A stretch of DNA of 64,000 bases from an uncultured Elusimicrobia bacterium. GTDB taxonomy: Bacteria; Elusimicrobiota; Elusimicrobia; UBA1565; UBA9628. The stretch spans positions 633-64,632 of the forward strand of contig CAZIBN010000012.1 in assembly GCA_964537395.1 (NCBI GenBank). The letters are read 5' to 3'. The notes under the pieces are model-generated. The model did not search any database. It saw only the letters and a program-made list of their open reading frames with translations, and was not told the DNA's origin. Below are positions 40,959-50,262 of this stretch, piece by piece (position 1 is the stretch's first letter; every line of letters starts with the position of its first letter). The position numbers and the translations under genes were made by a program.

Positions 40959-43072
40959 ACCTGCTCCTAGCGCTCCTCCTTGCATCGTCGGCCGCCGCCT
41001 CCTCGTCCGGGGGCTCCGGGACCGCCGCGGGCGCGCAGCAGGAATACCTGCGCGGGACCTTGCTCGAGCGGCGCGGCGCCTTCGCCGAGGCGCTGGACGC
41101 GTATGAGAAGGCTCTGGCGCTCGACCCCGGCTCGGCGTTCCTCGCCGGCGAGGCCGCGGACTTGGCGCTCGAGCTCGAGGACTGGTCCAAGGCGGAGAAG
41201 TGGGCGCGCCGGCGCCTGGAGCTCGCTCCGAAAGACGGGAAATCTCAGATGATCCTGGCGCGCGTGTTCTGGTCGCGCGGCCAGGAGGACGAGGCGATCA
41301 AGGAGTTCGAGTCGGCGCTCAAGCTCGATCCCGCGTCCATCGACTCGATCATGGCGCTGACGGAGATCATCGCCCCGAAGGACCCGAAGCGCGCGCGCGT
41401 CATGCTCGAGCGCTTCCTGTCCGGCAACCCGGAGCACGCGGCCAAGGTCCTTCATGAGCTCGCCAAGCTCGACGCGCAGGAAGCCCGCTATCCGGCCGCC
41501 GTCGAGAAGCTTCGCCGGGCGATCTCCCTCGATGAGGCCGAGTCCGACCCGGTGCGCCTGACGCTCGGCCAGGTGTTCGAGATTTCCCATGACACGTCCT
41601 CGGCGATCGACGAGTACCGCAAGGTGCTGAGCTCGATCCCCGACGATTTCGAGCTGTGGGCGCATATCGCCGAGCTCGAGGCCGCGCGCGGCGATGACGG
41701 CGCGGCCCGCGCCGAGTTCCTGCGGCTCAAGGAAAAGCGACGCGACGACGCGACGGCCGCCGGCTGGCTCGCGTCCGATGCCGAGCGCGCCGGAGATTTC
41801 CGCGCGGCTGCCGCCTACCTGAAGGATAGCTCTGCCCTCAGGGACGACCCGACCTTGCATCTGCGACTGGGCTACTATCAGCTGCAGAGCGGCGGCGTGA
41901 AGGAGGCGATGATCACCTTGGCTGAGGCGCGCAAGCGCTGGCCGAAGGATGACCGCATCGCCTACTACCTGGCCCTCGGCCACGACGACCTCGGCGAGCG
42001 CGTGTTGGCGACGGCGCTGCTGCGCGAGGTCTTGGCGCTCAAGCCTGAGGATCGCGACGCGCGGTGGCAGCTGGCGACCATACTCGAGAAGATGGACAAG
42101 ATCGCGGAGGCCGAGATCGAGTTCCGGGCGCTGCTGGCGAGCAAGCATGACGACGCGCCCGCGCTCAACTATCTCGGCTACGCCCTGGCCGACCGCGGCT
42201 TGAAGCTCGCGGAGGCCGAGGAGCTGATCCGCGGCGCGCTCGCTTTGGAGCCGGGGAACGCCGCCTACCGGGACTCGCTCGGCTGGGCGATGTTCAAGCA
42301 GGGCCGCAGCACGGAGGCCGTCGTCGAGCTCGAGGCGTCCGCCCGCGAGATCGCCGACGACGAGTCGCTGTGGGGCCACCTCGCCGCCGCCTACGAGAGC
42401 GTGGGCAATGCCGAGGCGGCCTGGCTCGCGTGGCGCCTGGCTCAGAGCCTCGGCTCCAAGACGGCCCAGGAGAAGGCGGAGCTTCTCCAAAAGGGGCTGT
42501 CCGACGAGGGGCTCGGCGAGCTGTGGCGCAGGCATCTGGCCGCCGTTCAGGGCGGCGTCAAAAAAATGAGCGGCCTCTGCGAGCTCAAGGGCCGCATCGC
42601 GGGCCGGCCGGTGTCGCGGCAGGCGCTGTTCACCTTCCGCGCGCCGCGCGAGGTCGTCTTCGAGATCCTGGGCCCGATGTTCTCGACCGCGTGGCGTGCG
42701 CGCCTCGACGCGCGCGGATTCTCGATGGACCCGTTCCCCGTGGAAGGCCTCGACCAGCCTCGCGTCGAGGAGGCCGCGCACGGCGCGTTCGCGGCGATCG
42801 CGGCCGCGCTGTCCGGGGAAGCCTTCGAGCCCGGCCCGGCGCGCATGGAGCGCGGGTGGGGGCGGACCAGCCTGATGCGCTCCGCCTGGCGCATCGACCT
42901 TGAGGACGGCATGGCGAGGTCGATCTCGCCCGCCGGCAACGGCGTCTCTGTCGCCCTGTCCGATTTTCAGCGCGCGCGCGCGCGGCAGGTGCCCCGCCTC
43001 ATGGAAACGAAGGGCCGCTTCTGGGAGCTTGCGATCTCCTGCGCCGAGCCGAAGACCGAGTTTGTACCTTGA
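40955..43072 (+). CDS. Exported TPR protein with a C-terminal beta-rich (LolB/LolA-fold-like) domain
   Basis: Signal peptide, many TPR units, ALNYLGY..AD and YRDSLGW motifs, plus an extra ~170-aa C-terminal domain. Confidence 0.8.
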   Translation: MNLLLALLLASSAAASSSGGSGTAAGAQQEYLRGTLLERRGAFAEALDAYEKALALDPGSAFLAGEAADLALELEDWSKAEKWARRRLELAPKDGKSQMILARVFWSRGQEDEAIKEFESALKLDPASIDSIMALTEIIAPKDPKRARVMLERFLSGNPEHAAKVLHELAKLDAQEARYPAAVEKLRRAISLDEAESDPVRLTLGQVFEISHDTSSAIDEYRKVLSSIPDDFELWAHIAELEAARGDDGAARAEFLRLKEKRRDDATAAGWLASDAERAGDFRAAAAYLKDSSALRDDPTLHLRLGYYQLQSGGVKEAMITLAEARKRWPKDDRIAYYLALGHDDLGERVLATALLREVLALKPEDRDARWQLATILEKMDKIAEAEIEFRALLASKHDDAPALNYLGYALADRGLKLAEAEELIRGALALEPGNAAYRDSLGWAMFKQGRSTEAVVELEASAREIADDESLWGHLAAAYESVGNAEAAWLAWRLAQSLGSKTAQEKAELLQKGLSDEGLGELWRRHLAAVQGGVKKMSGLCELKGRIAGRPVSRQALFTFRAPREVVFEILGPMFSTAWRARLDARGFSMDPFPVEGLDQPRVEEAAHGAFAAIAAALSGEAFEPGPARMERGWGRTSLMRSAWRIDLEDGMARSISPAGNGVSVALSDFQRARARQVPRLMETKGRFWELAISCAEPKTEFVP

Positions 43073-43959
43073 AACAGCAATGTCCGGCGAAGATCAACCT
43101 TTTCCTCGAGGTCACGGGCAGGCGCAAGAGCGGCTACCATACGCTCGCGACTCTTTTCGCCAAGATCAACATTTACGATGTTCTCGATATGGAGGTCGTC
43201 AACGGCAATAAGCCCACGCTCGAGATCATCGATGAGCTCGACACCATGCCCCTGTCGGCCGGCCCCGATAACCTGATTTTGCGCGCCGCCCGGGCCTTTT
43301 ACCGGGAGTTCCGGGTCGGCGTCGGGGTTAAGATCGTCTTAACCAAGAGGATCCCTATGGGCGCGGGCCTTGGCGGAGGGTCCTCGGACGCCGCGGGCAC
43401 TCTTCTTGGATTAGCCAGGCTTTTGCAGATCAATCTGACTGCGGCAAAGAAGAGAAAGCTGCACGATATCGGCGTCAGATTGGGCGCTGACGTCCCATTT
43501 TTCCTCAAAGACGCCAATTTCTGCCGGGCGACCGGCATCGGGGACCGCTTAAAACCGGTTAAAATCCAGAAATCTTTGCCGTTCATGGTCCTGGTTTGGC
43601 CGGGATTTCCTTCTCCGACGGGGCCCGTTTTCACGGCTGTTCCTCCCCGCCGGCGTTCGGAGATATTGACGCGTCTCTCCCAACTTGATAAACTCATCCG
43701 TCGTCTGAAAACAGGCCGTCCCGTCGAAGAATGGGGGGGGCTTCTTTTTAACCGTTTGGAGCAGGCGGAGTTGCCGGCTATGAAGGAAATTGCGCAGGCC
43801 AGGCGTATTCTGGAATCGGCCGGCGCAAAGGGAGTGCGCATGTCGGGTTCGGGTTCTTCGGTCTTCGGGTTTATTAATTCGCACGCCGAAGGCGTGCGAG
43901 TCGTGCGGCGGCTCCAGGCTTACCCCTGGAAGGTCTATTTGACGAGCTGTCACGGCTGA
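43069..43959 (+). CDS. ispE: 4-diphosphocytidyl-2C-methyl-D-erythritol kinase
   Basis: PAKINLFL, YHTL, KRIPMGAGLGGGSSDAA, GADVPFF, MSGSGS. Confidence 0.96.
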   Translation: MKQQCPAKINLFLEVTGRRKSGYHTLATLFAKINIYDVLDMEVVNGNKPTLEIIDELDTMPLSAGPDNLILRAARAFYREFRVGVGVKIVLTKRIPMGAGLGGGSSDAAGTLLGLARLLQINLTAAKKRKLHDIGVRLGADVPFFLKDANFCRATGIGDRLKPVKIQKSLPFMVLVWPGFPSPTGPVFTAVPPRRRSEILTRLSQLDKLIRRLKTGRPVEEWGGLLFNRLEQAELPAMKEIAQARRILESAGAKGVRMSGSGSSVFGFINSHAEGVRVVRRLQAYPWKVYLTSCHG

Positions 43960-43963
43960 TATC

Positions 43964-44257
43964 TTGGAAATCACGGAAATCCGCGTCCACCTGCGCAAAG
44001 AGGATAAGCTTAAGGCGTTTGCAACCGTCACTTTTGACCACTGCTTCGTGGTCCGCAATCTAAAGGTGATCGCGAACGAAAAAGGGCTGATTCTTTGCAT
44101 GCCGTCCCGGAAGATGCCCGACGGCAGCTTCAAGGACGTGGCGCATCCGATCACGGTTGAATTTAGAGCTCTTCTGGAGAAAAAAGTGTTCGCCTGCTAC
44201 GAGCGGGAAGTTCTCCAGGCCGCTGCAGGGAAGTGTGTCGACTCCCGGGTGGTGTAA
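43964..44257 (+). CDS. spoVG: SpoVG family nucleic-acid-binding protein
   Basis: MEITEIRV...KLKAFATVTFD..FVV..LKVI....GL...MPSRK..DG.FKDVAHPI. Confidence 0.92.
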   Translation: MEITEIRVHLRKEDKLKAFATVTFDHCFVVRNLKVIANEKGLILCMPSRKMPDGSFKDVAHPITVEFRALLEKKVFACYEREVLQAAAGKCVDSRVV

Positions 44258-44313
44258 TGGTAACACAGAGGCCTTTGAAGCCTTTATTCGTGGTTCGAGT
44301 CCACGCCCGGGAA
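44243..44313 (+). tRNA. tRNA-Gln (anticodon TTG), CCA not encoded
   Basis: Acceptor TCCCGGG/CCCGGGA, D arm GTGT-AATGGTA-ACAC, anticodon arm GAGGC-CTTTGAA-GCCTT, T arm CGTGG-TTCGAGT-CCACG. Confidence 0.95.
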
Positions 44314-44336
44314 TAGCGATTTAATAGGAAAATGAA

Positions 44337-45725
44337 ATGAGCGCGACCAAAAAGGGACAAGGCCAGCTGTGCGTGCTGATCCTCGCCGCCGGTCAGGGCA
44401 CCCGGATGGAATCCACCATCCCGAAGGTGCTCCACCATGTCGGCGGGCGCCCCATGCTTTTCTACGTCCTGCGCATCGCCAACGCGCTCAAGCCGGGCTC
44501 CATTGGCGTCGTCGTCGGCCATGAGTCCGCGCAGGTCAAGGAAGCCTCGGCGGAGATGCTGAAGTCCGTCGGCATCGCACGTCCGCTCCAGATAATCCAT
44601 CAGAAGAAGCAGATGGGCTCGGGCAACGCGGTCGTCGAGGCGCTCCCCTTCCTCAAGAAGTTCAAGACCGCCATGGTCATGTGCGGCGACACGCCCCTGC
44701 TGACGTACGAATCCATCTACAATCTTTTCCTTACCCATGAGCAGCTCAAGGGCCAGGCCACCTTGCTCACCGCGCGCCTGGCCAACCCCAAGGGCTACGG
44801 CCGCATCGTGCGCGGCGCCCTCGGCGAGGTCCAGCGCATCGTCGAGGAAAGCGTCGCGTCTCCCAAGGAGCTGGCGGTGACCGAGGTCAACTCGGGCGCG
44901 TACTGCTTCGAGGTCGCGGCCCTCATCGACGGCCTCAAGGAGATCGGCGCCAAGGGCCCGAAGAAGGAGCACTTCCTGACCGACGTGATGGAAGCCATCC
45001 GCGGCAAGGGCGGCCGTATTCACGCTTACACCTCGTCGAATTCAGAGGAAATCCAGGGCGTCAACAACCGCGCCCAGCTCTCCGCCGCCGAGCGCGTGCT
45101 GAACAAGCGCATGCTCGAGCGCCTGATGATCTCCGGCGTCACCATCCGCGATCCCCAGTCCACCCACGTCGACGCCGACGTCGAGATCGGCCAGGACACC
45201 GTGATCTATCCCGGCACCATCCTGCGCGGCCATACGAAGATCGGCCGCATGTGCCGCATCGGACCCTTCACCCATATCGAGGACACCTCGATCGGCAACG
45301 AGTGCGAGGTCCGCTTCTCCTACGTCGTCCAGGCGCGCCTGCTCGAGAAGACCTCGGTCGGGCCGTTCGCCCACATCCGGCCCGAATCGACGATCGGCCC
45401 GCGCGCGCGCATCGGCAACTTCACCGAGGTCAAGGCCTCGAAGATCGGCTTCGGCTCTAAGGTCAACCACCTCTCCTACATCGGCGACGCCGACATCGCC
45501 GAGGACGTCAACATCGGCGCCGGCACGATCACCTGCAACTACGACGGCAAGGAGAAGCATAAGACGGTGATCGGCGCGAAGGCGTTCATCGGCTCCAACG
45601 TGAACCTGATCGCCCCCGTCAAGATCGGCCGCGGCGCCAAGGTGGCCGCCGGTTCCACCGTGACCGAGGACGTCCCCGACGACGCGTTGGCCATCGCCCG
45701 CGCCCGCCAGGTGAACAAGACCTGA
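44337..45725 (+). CDS. glmU: Bifunctional UDP-GlcNAc pyrophosphorylase / GlcN-1-P acetyltransferase
   Basis: LAAGQGTRM, GYGRIVR, EVNSG, hexapeptide repeats, NYDG..KHKT. Confidence 0.96.
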   Translation: MSATKKGQGQLCVLILAAGQGTRMESTIPKVLHHVGGRPMLFYVLRIANALKPGSIGVVVGHESAQVKEASAEMLKSVGIARPLQIIHQKKQMGSGNAVVEALPFLKKFKTAMVMCGDTPLLTYESIYNLFLTHEQLKGQATLLTARLANPKGYGRIVRGALGEVQRIVEESVASPKELAVTEVNSGAYCFEVAALIDGLKEIGAKGPKKEHFLTDVMEAIRGKGGRIHAYTSSNSEEIQGVNNRAQLSAAERVLNKRMLERLMISGVTIRDPQSTHVDADVEIGQDTVIYPGTILRGHTKIGRMCRIGPFTHIEDTSIGNECEVRFSYVVQARLLEKTSVGPFAHIRPESTIGPRARIGNFTEVKASKIGFGSKVNHLSYIGDADIAEDVNIGAGTITCNYDGKEKHKTVIGAKAFIGSNVNLIAPVKIGRGAKVAAGSTVTEDVPDDALAIARARQVNKT

Positions 45726-45727
45726 TC

Positions 45728-46750
45728 ATGGCCATTAAATCACCCGAGAAGGCGGAGGCGCGCATGGCGGCCCATAAGTTCGTCGAGAAGCCTCTCCCGA
45801 TGGAGGGCTTGAAGTCCCTGCGCGGCATCAAGATCTTCTCCGGCAACGCAAATCGGCCCCTGGCCGAAGACATCGCGAAATATCTCGGCGTCACTCTCGG
45901 CAAGACCCATGTGGGCCGCTTCGCCGACGGCGAGATCAACCTGCAGATCGAGGAGAACGTCCGCGGCGCCGACTGCTACGTCATCCAGCCGACCTGCCGC
46001 CCCGTCAACGAGAACCTGATGGAGCTGCTGATCATGATCGACGCGCTGCGCCGCGCGTCGGCGGGCCGCATCACGGCGGTCATGCCCTACTACGGCTACG
46101 CTCGCGCCGACCGCAAGACCGCGCCGCGCATGCCGATCACCTCCAAGCTCGTGGCCAACCTCATCGTCGAGGCGGGTGCCAACCGCGTCATCACGATGGA
46201 CCTTCACGCCGCCCAGATCCAGGGCTTCTTCGACATCCCCGTCGACCATCTTTACGCCGCGCCGATCCTCATCGATTACGTGAAGAAGCTGGCGCTCAAG
46301 AATCTCGTCGTCGTCTCGCCCGACGTGGGCGGTGTGGAGCGCGCCCGCGCGTTCGCCAAGCGCCTGAACGCGGGCCTGTGCATCATCGACAAGCGCCGCC
46401 CGCGTCCGAACGAGGCCTCGGTCTACAATATCATCGGCGACGTTAAGGGAAAGAACTGCTTCATCCTCGACGACATGGTGGACACCGGCGGCACGCTCTG
46501 CAAGGTCGCCGACAAGATCCGCGAGAATGGCGCGCTGAAGGTCTATGCCGCCTGCGTCCACGGCGTGCTGTCCGGCGCCGCTCACGACTTGATCGCCAAG
46601 TCATCTTTAGAGGAAATGATCCTCACCGATTCGATCCCGGTCCATGCGCTGGCCGGGGGGAAACTGACGGTATTGTCGATAGCACCCCTTATGGGGGAAG
46701 CTATAGCACGTAATCATCAGGGCAAGTCCATCAGCGCTTTGTTCGTTTAA
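45728..46750 (+). CDS. prs: Ribose-phosphate pyrophosphokinase
   Basis: FADGEI, NENLMELL, YYGYARADRK, DLHAAQIQGFF, SPDVGG, DDMVDTGGT. Confidence 0.97.
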   Translation: MAIKSPEKAEARMAAHKFVEKPLPMEGLKSLRGIKIFSGNANRPLAEDIAKYLGVTLGKTHVGRFADGEINLQIEENVRGADCYVIQPTCRPVNENLMELLIMIDALRRASAGRITAVMPYYGYARADRKTAPRMPITSKLVANLIVEAGANRVITMDLHAAQIQGFFDIPVDHLYAAPILIDYVKKLALKNLVVVSPDVGGVERARAFAKRLNAGLCIIDKRRPRPNEASVYNIIGDVKGKNCFILDDMVDTGGTLCKVADKIRENGALKVYAACVHGVLSGAAHDLIAKSSLEEMILTDSIPVHALAGGKLTVLSIAPLMGEAIARNHQGKSISALFV

Positions 46751-46771
46751 GACACAGGAGAGTAATAAGTC

Positions 46772-47509
46772 ATGGAAATCACGTTGAATGTCGAAGTCCG
46801 CGCTGCGAAGGGCACGAAGAAGGTCCTGAGCACGCTCCGCGCCGCATCCACCATCCCCGCCATCGTGTACGGCGGAGAGAAGGGGCCGATCCTGCTCGCT
46901 CTGTCCGAGAAGGACCTGATGGCCGCCCGTAAGAAGGGAGGCGCCAACGCCATCCTTCGCCTGAAGCACGCGAAGGGCGAGGAGACCGTCATCGTCAAGG
47001 AGCTGCAGCGGCACCCGGTCACTGACCGGCCCGTGCACGCCGACTTCCAGCGCATCTCGCTGACCACGAAGATCGAGGCCAAGGTCCCGCTGAACATCAT
47101 CGGCGAGGCGCCCGGCGTCAAGACCTCCGGCGGCATGATGTCCATCGACATGCGCGAGCTGCGCATCAAGGCCCTGCCCACGGCCATCCCGCAGAAGATC
47201 GACGTGGATGTCTCCAAGCTCGAGCTTCATCAGAGCATCACGGTCAAGGACCTCGTGCTCGCCGAAGGCGTGGAGATCCTTGACTCCATGGACGCCGCCG
47301 TCATCCGCATCGTCCTCGCGAAGGTTGAAGTCGTGGCCGAGCCCGTGCCCGGCGCCGTCGTTGAAGGCGCTGTCGCCGCCGCCGAGCCCGAATCCGCCGC
47401 CACGAAGGGCAAGAAGGACGAGGAAGGCAAGCTCACCAAGGAAGCGGTCAAGCCGGGCGCTCCGGCCGCCGATGCCAAGAAGGACGCCAAGAAGGACGTC
47501 AAGAAGTAG
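46772..47509 (+). CDS. rplY: 50S ribosomal protein L25/general stress protein Ctc
   Basis: IPAIVYG, QRHPV....HADF, GEAPGVK.SGG, low-complexity K/A/E tail. Confidence 0.95.
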   Translation: MEITLNVEVRAAKGTKKVLSTLRAASTIPAIVYGGEKGPILLALSEKDLMAARKKGGANAILRLKHAKGEETVIVKELQRHPVTDRPVHADFQRISLTTKIEAKVPLNIIGEAPGVKTSGGMMSIDMRELRIKALPTAIPQKIDVDVSKLELHQSITVKDLVLAEGVEILDSMDAAVIRIVLAKVEVVAEPVPGAVVEGAVAAAEPESAATKGKKDEEGKLTKEAVKPGAPAADAKKDAKKDVKK

Positions 47510-47530
47510 GCGACCTAAGACTTACCCTAC

Positions 47531-48091
47531 ATGGCGCTTAAGCTCGTCGTCGGCCTCGGCAACCCGGGCCCGGAATACGAGAAGACGCGCCACAACGTGG
47601 GCTTCCGCCTCGCCGACCGCATGGTCGGCGAGGCGGATTCTTTTTCGAACTTCAAGGGCCTCGGCGTCGCGGCCAAGGTCGGAAATCTGTGGGTGGCCAA
47701 GCCGATGACCTACATGAATCTGTCCGGCGAGTTCGTGCAGAAGTTCGCTGCTTATCACAACATCGCGCTCGAGGACATACTCATCGCTTATGACGAGATG
47801 GCCTTGCCGCTCGGGAAGATCCGCATACGCAAGAACGGGTCGGCGGGCGGGCAGAAGGGGATGCTGTCGATCATTCAGCATTTCGGGACCGACAACGTAT
47901 CGAGGATCCGGATCGGGATCGGGCCTCAGCCGGAGAAGATGAGCGCGACCGACTTCGTGCTGGGGCGATTCAATAAAAGCGAAGAAAACGAGCTGGACGC
48001 CGTTTTCGACCGCGCCGTGGAAGCCATCAAGGTGGTGGTCGAAAACGGCGTCGACGCAGCCATGAATCGCTATAATCCGGCTGCGCCATGA
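47531..48091 (+). CDS. pth: Peptidyl-tRNA hydrolase
   Basis: VGLGNPG..Y..TRHNVGF, KPMTYMNLSG, GSAGGQKG, RIRIGI. Confidence 0.96.
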   Translation: MALKLVVGLGNPGPEYEKTRHNVGFRLADRMVGEADSFSNFKGLGVAAKVGNLWVAKPMTYMNLSGEFVQKFAAYHNIALEDILIAYDEMALPLGKIRIRKNGSAGGQKGMLSIIQHFGTDNVSRIRIGIGPQPEKMSATDFVLGRFNKSEENELDAVFDRAVEAIKVVVENGVDAAMNRYNPAAP

Positions 48092-48306
48092 CGCCCAACC
48101 TCAAGATCATCATCGGCCTGATCAGCGGTCTCCTCGGCCTGGGCTATCTGTACCGCCCCGACCTGATCGAGCGCATGAATGCCGTCCTGCGCGACTACCT
48201 GCTCAACGACGCCTACATCGCGTTGGAGCGCAGGAAGTGGGGGATGTTCTTCCTTCTGGTCTCCTTCCTGTTCCTGTATATGGGCTGGTCGGCGCTCCCG
48301 CGCTGA
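48088..48306 (+). CDS. Small two-TM hypothetical membrane protein
   Basis: 72 aa, start overlaps the pth stop (ATGA), two hydrophobic segments. Confidence 0.7.
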   Translation: MTPNLKIIIGLISGLLGLGYLYRPDLIERMNAVLRDYLLNDAYIALERRKWGMFFLLVSFLFLYMGWSALPR

Positions 48307-48313
48307 GGGATCC

Positions 48314-49660
48314 ATGAAGAGCCTCGAGCTTCTGGCGCGCGACGCCGTCGCCTGGATGAAGGCCCGCTCCTCCGGGACGCAGGCCGAGCTTTACCTCTCG
48401 CGAGGCGAGGAGCGTGCGGTGTCCCGGCGGGAGGGCGAACGCGACGGCGTCGAGGCCTCGGAGAGCGCGGGCGCGGGCGTGCGCGTCGTGCGCGACGGGC
48501 GCGTCGGCTTCGCCTCGGCCGGCGGCGCGGATCTCGACGCTATCAAGGACCTCTATGCTCGTGCCGTGGAGCAGCTGCCGCACGCCGAGCCCGATCCCCG
48601 GCGAGTGCTTCCCGGGCCCCAGGCCCCTGCCGGCGACGATGCTCTTGCCTCCACGCTTTGGGATGAGGCGCTTTTTACCACGCCCTGGGACAAGGTCGAG
48701 ACGCGTCTCAAGGAGGCCGAGGCCGCGGCCAAGGCCCAGCCTCGCGTGTCCAGGATTATGCGCATCGAATACGCGGAAAGCCGCGGGACCGTCGTCGTCG
48801 CCGGCACGAGCGGCCTCTTCGCCAGCGAGCGCGGAGGCTCGGCGAGCGTCTCGCTCGTCGTCGCCGCCGAGGCCGGAGCGGAGGTCCAGCTCGGTGAAGG
48901 CTATCGCGCCGAGCGCAGGGCGTCGGCCCTCGATTTCGCCGCCGCCGGCCGCGAGGCGGGCTTGCGGGCCTCCTCGCTGCTCGGCGCCCGCCGCGCCAAG
49001 GGAGGCAAGCGCTCGGTCCTCTTCGAGCCCTGGGTCGGAGTCGAATTCCTCGAGCTCCTGGCTGAGCTGCTCTCGGCGGACGAGGTCCAGGGCGGCCGTT
49101 CTCTGCTCGCCGGAAAGCTCGGGCAAAGCGTCGCCTCGCCGATCGTCACCTTGCGCGACGATCCTAGGCGCCCCGGCGGCCTCGGCTCCTGCCGCTTTGA
49201 CGACGAGGGCCTGCCGACGCGCGACAAGGCTATGATCTCAGCCGGAGTCCTGCGCGAATTCTTTCACGACTCCTTCTCGGCGGCACGGGACGGCCTGGCC
49301 TCCAACGGCTGCGCCTATCGCGGCTCGTATGCGAGCCTTCCCGGGCCCGGCGCCTCGAATTTCTTCATGATGCCCGGCATGATGACGCGAGAGGCACTGA
49401 TCTCCGACACCCGATCGGGGCTCCTGGTCGCCGAGGTCCTGGGCATGCACATGGTGGATCCGGTCTCCGGCGCCTTCTCTGTCGGCGTCTCCGGCCGATC
49501 CATCGAGAAGGGCCTCATCGCGGGCCCCGTCAAGGGCGCCATGATCTCCGGCAACCTCCTGGACCTGCTGTCCCGCGTCGACGGCGTGGCCTCCGACCTG
49601 ACCTTCCAGGGTTCGCTCGGCGTCCCGACCTTCCGCGTCTCCGCCCTCGACGTCGCTTAG
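48314..49660 (+). CDS. TldD/PmbA family metalloprotease subunit (PmbA/TldE-like)
   Basis: GAGVRVVRDGRVGFAS, DDEGLPT, GMHMVDPVSGAFS, ISGNLLDLL, P.FRV. ATG 48314 with SD. Confidence 0.88.
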   Translation: MKSLELLARDAVAWMKARSSGTQAELYLSRGEERAVSRREGERDGVEASESAGAGVRVVRDGRVGFASAGGADLDAIKDLYARAVEQLPHAEPDPRRVLPGPQAPAGDDALASTLWDEALFTTPWDKVETRLKEAEAAAKAQPRVSRIMRIEYAESRGTVVVAGTSGLFASERGGSASVSLVVAAEAGAEVQLGEGYRAERRASALDFAAAGREAGLRASSLLGARRAKGGKRSVLFEPWVGVEFLELLAELLSADEVQGGRSLLAGKLGQSVASPIVTLRDDPRRPGGLGSCRFDDEGLPTRDKAMISAGVLREFFHDSFSAARDGLASNGCAYRGSYASLPGPGASNFFMMPGMMTREALISDTRSGLLVAEVLGMHMVDPVSGAFSVGVSGRSIEKGLIAGPVKGAMISGNLLDLLSRVDGVASDLTFQGSLGVPTFRVSALDVA

Positions 49661-49680
49661 CGTCGCTTTCCGTCGCTTAA

Positions 49681-49746
49681 GGTGTCAGGCCTATAGTTAC
49701 TTTAAATTCTTTTTGGAGTAATTGAAGAAACTATAGGCCTGACACC
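49681..49746. repeat. REP-like palindrome, 18-bp perfect arms
   Basis: GGTGTCAGGCCTATAGTT (49681-49698) / AACTATAGGCCTGACACC (49729-49746), AT-rich 30-nt spacer, between convergent genes. Confidence 0.85.
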
Positions 49747-49759
49747 AATATCAGCCCAG

Positions 49760-50143
49760 TTAACCCCAGTAGGAGCCCATGAAGCCTTTGTCGTCGGGCT
49801 TCACGGTGAGGCGGATGTGGTCGAGGAGGCCGCGCAGCGATCTCTCCTGGCCGCCGGTGAGGTTGAAGGCGATGCCGTATTGGCGGGCGTCGGGATCGTT
49901 GCCGGACCGGCCGGCGTCGCGGGCCACGCGCCCGGGGAGGTCGAGCGTGCCCTCCTTCCATTTGACGCTGATACGGTAGGTCGAGCCGGTCTTGAGCATG
50001 CCCCGCACTCGCAGAAGGCAGCCGGTGAGGCTCATGTCGAGGAGCTGTCCTTCGCCGATGCGCACGCCGCCCACGGGCCCGCTGAAGACCTCGACGGAGA
50101 GGTCGCTCGGGAAGCGTGCGTGGGTGCGGTTGGACTTGTCCAT
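49760..50143 (-). CDS. Stand-alone PilZ-domain protein (c-di-GMP receptor)
   Basis: RTHARF (RxxxR) and DMSLTGC (DxSxxG). ATG 50143 is preferred. Confidence 0.85.
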   Translation of the reverse strand: MDKSNRTHARFPSDLSVEVFSGPVGGVRIGEGQLLDMSLTGCLLRVRGMLKTGSTYRISVKWKEGTLDLPGRVARDAGRSGNDPDARQYGIAFNLTGGQERSLRGLLDHIRLTVKPDDKGFMGSYWG

Positions 50144-50191
50144 CGTGATAAAAGGTAGCACTCTGCGGTTACGGCGTCATGTCAGGTGTCA

Positions 50192-50262
50192 GGGGTCAGG
50201 CTTTCCGATGTTGCAATTCGTCCGGCCAATACGAGAATTGCAACATCGGAAAGCCTGACCCC
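50192..50262. repeat. REP-like palindrome, 28-bp perfect arms
   Basis: GGGGTCAGGCTTTCCGATGTTGCAATTC (50192-50219) / exact reverse complement (50235-50262). Confidence 0.88.

Noticed and set aside
43733-43740. G8 homopolymer in ispE as a phase-variation switch
   Set aside because: It is in frame (W-G-G) in a housekeeping MEP-pathway gene, and G runs are expected at this GC content.
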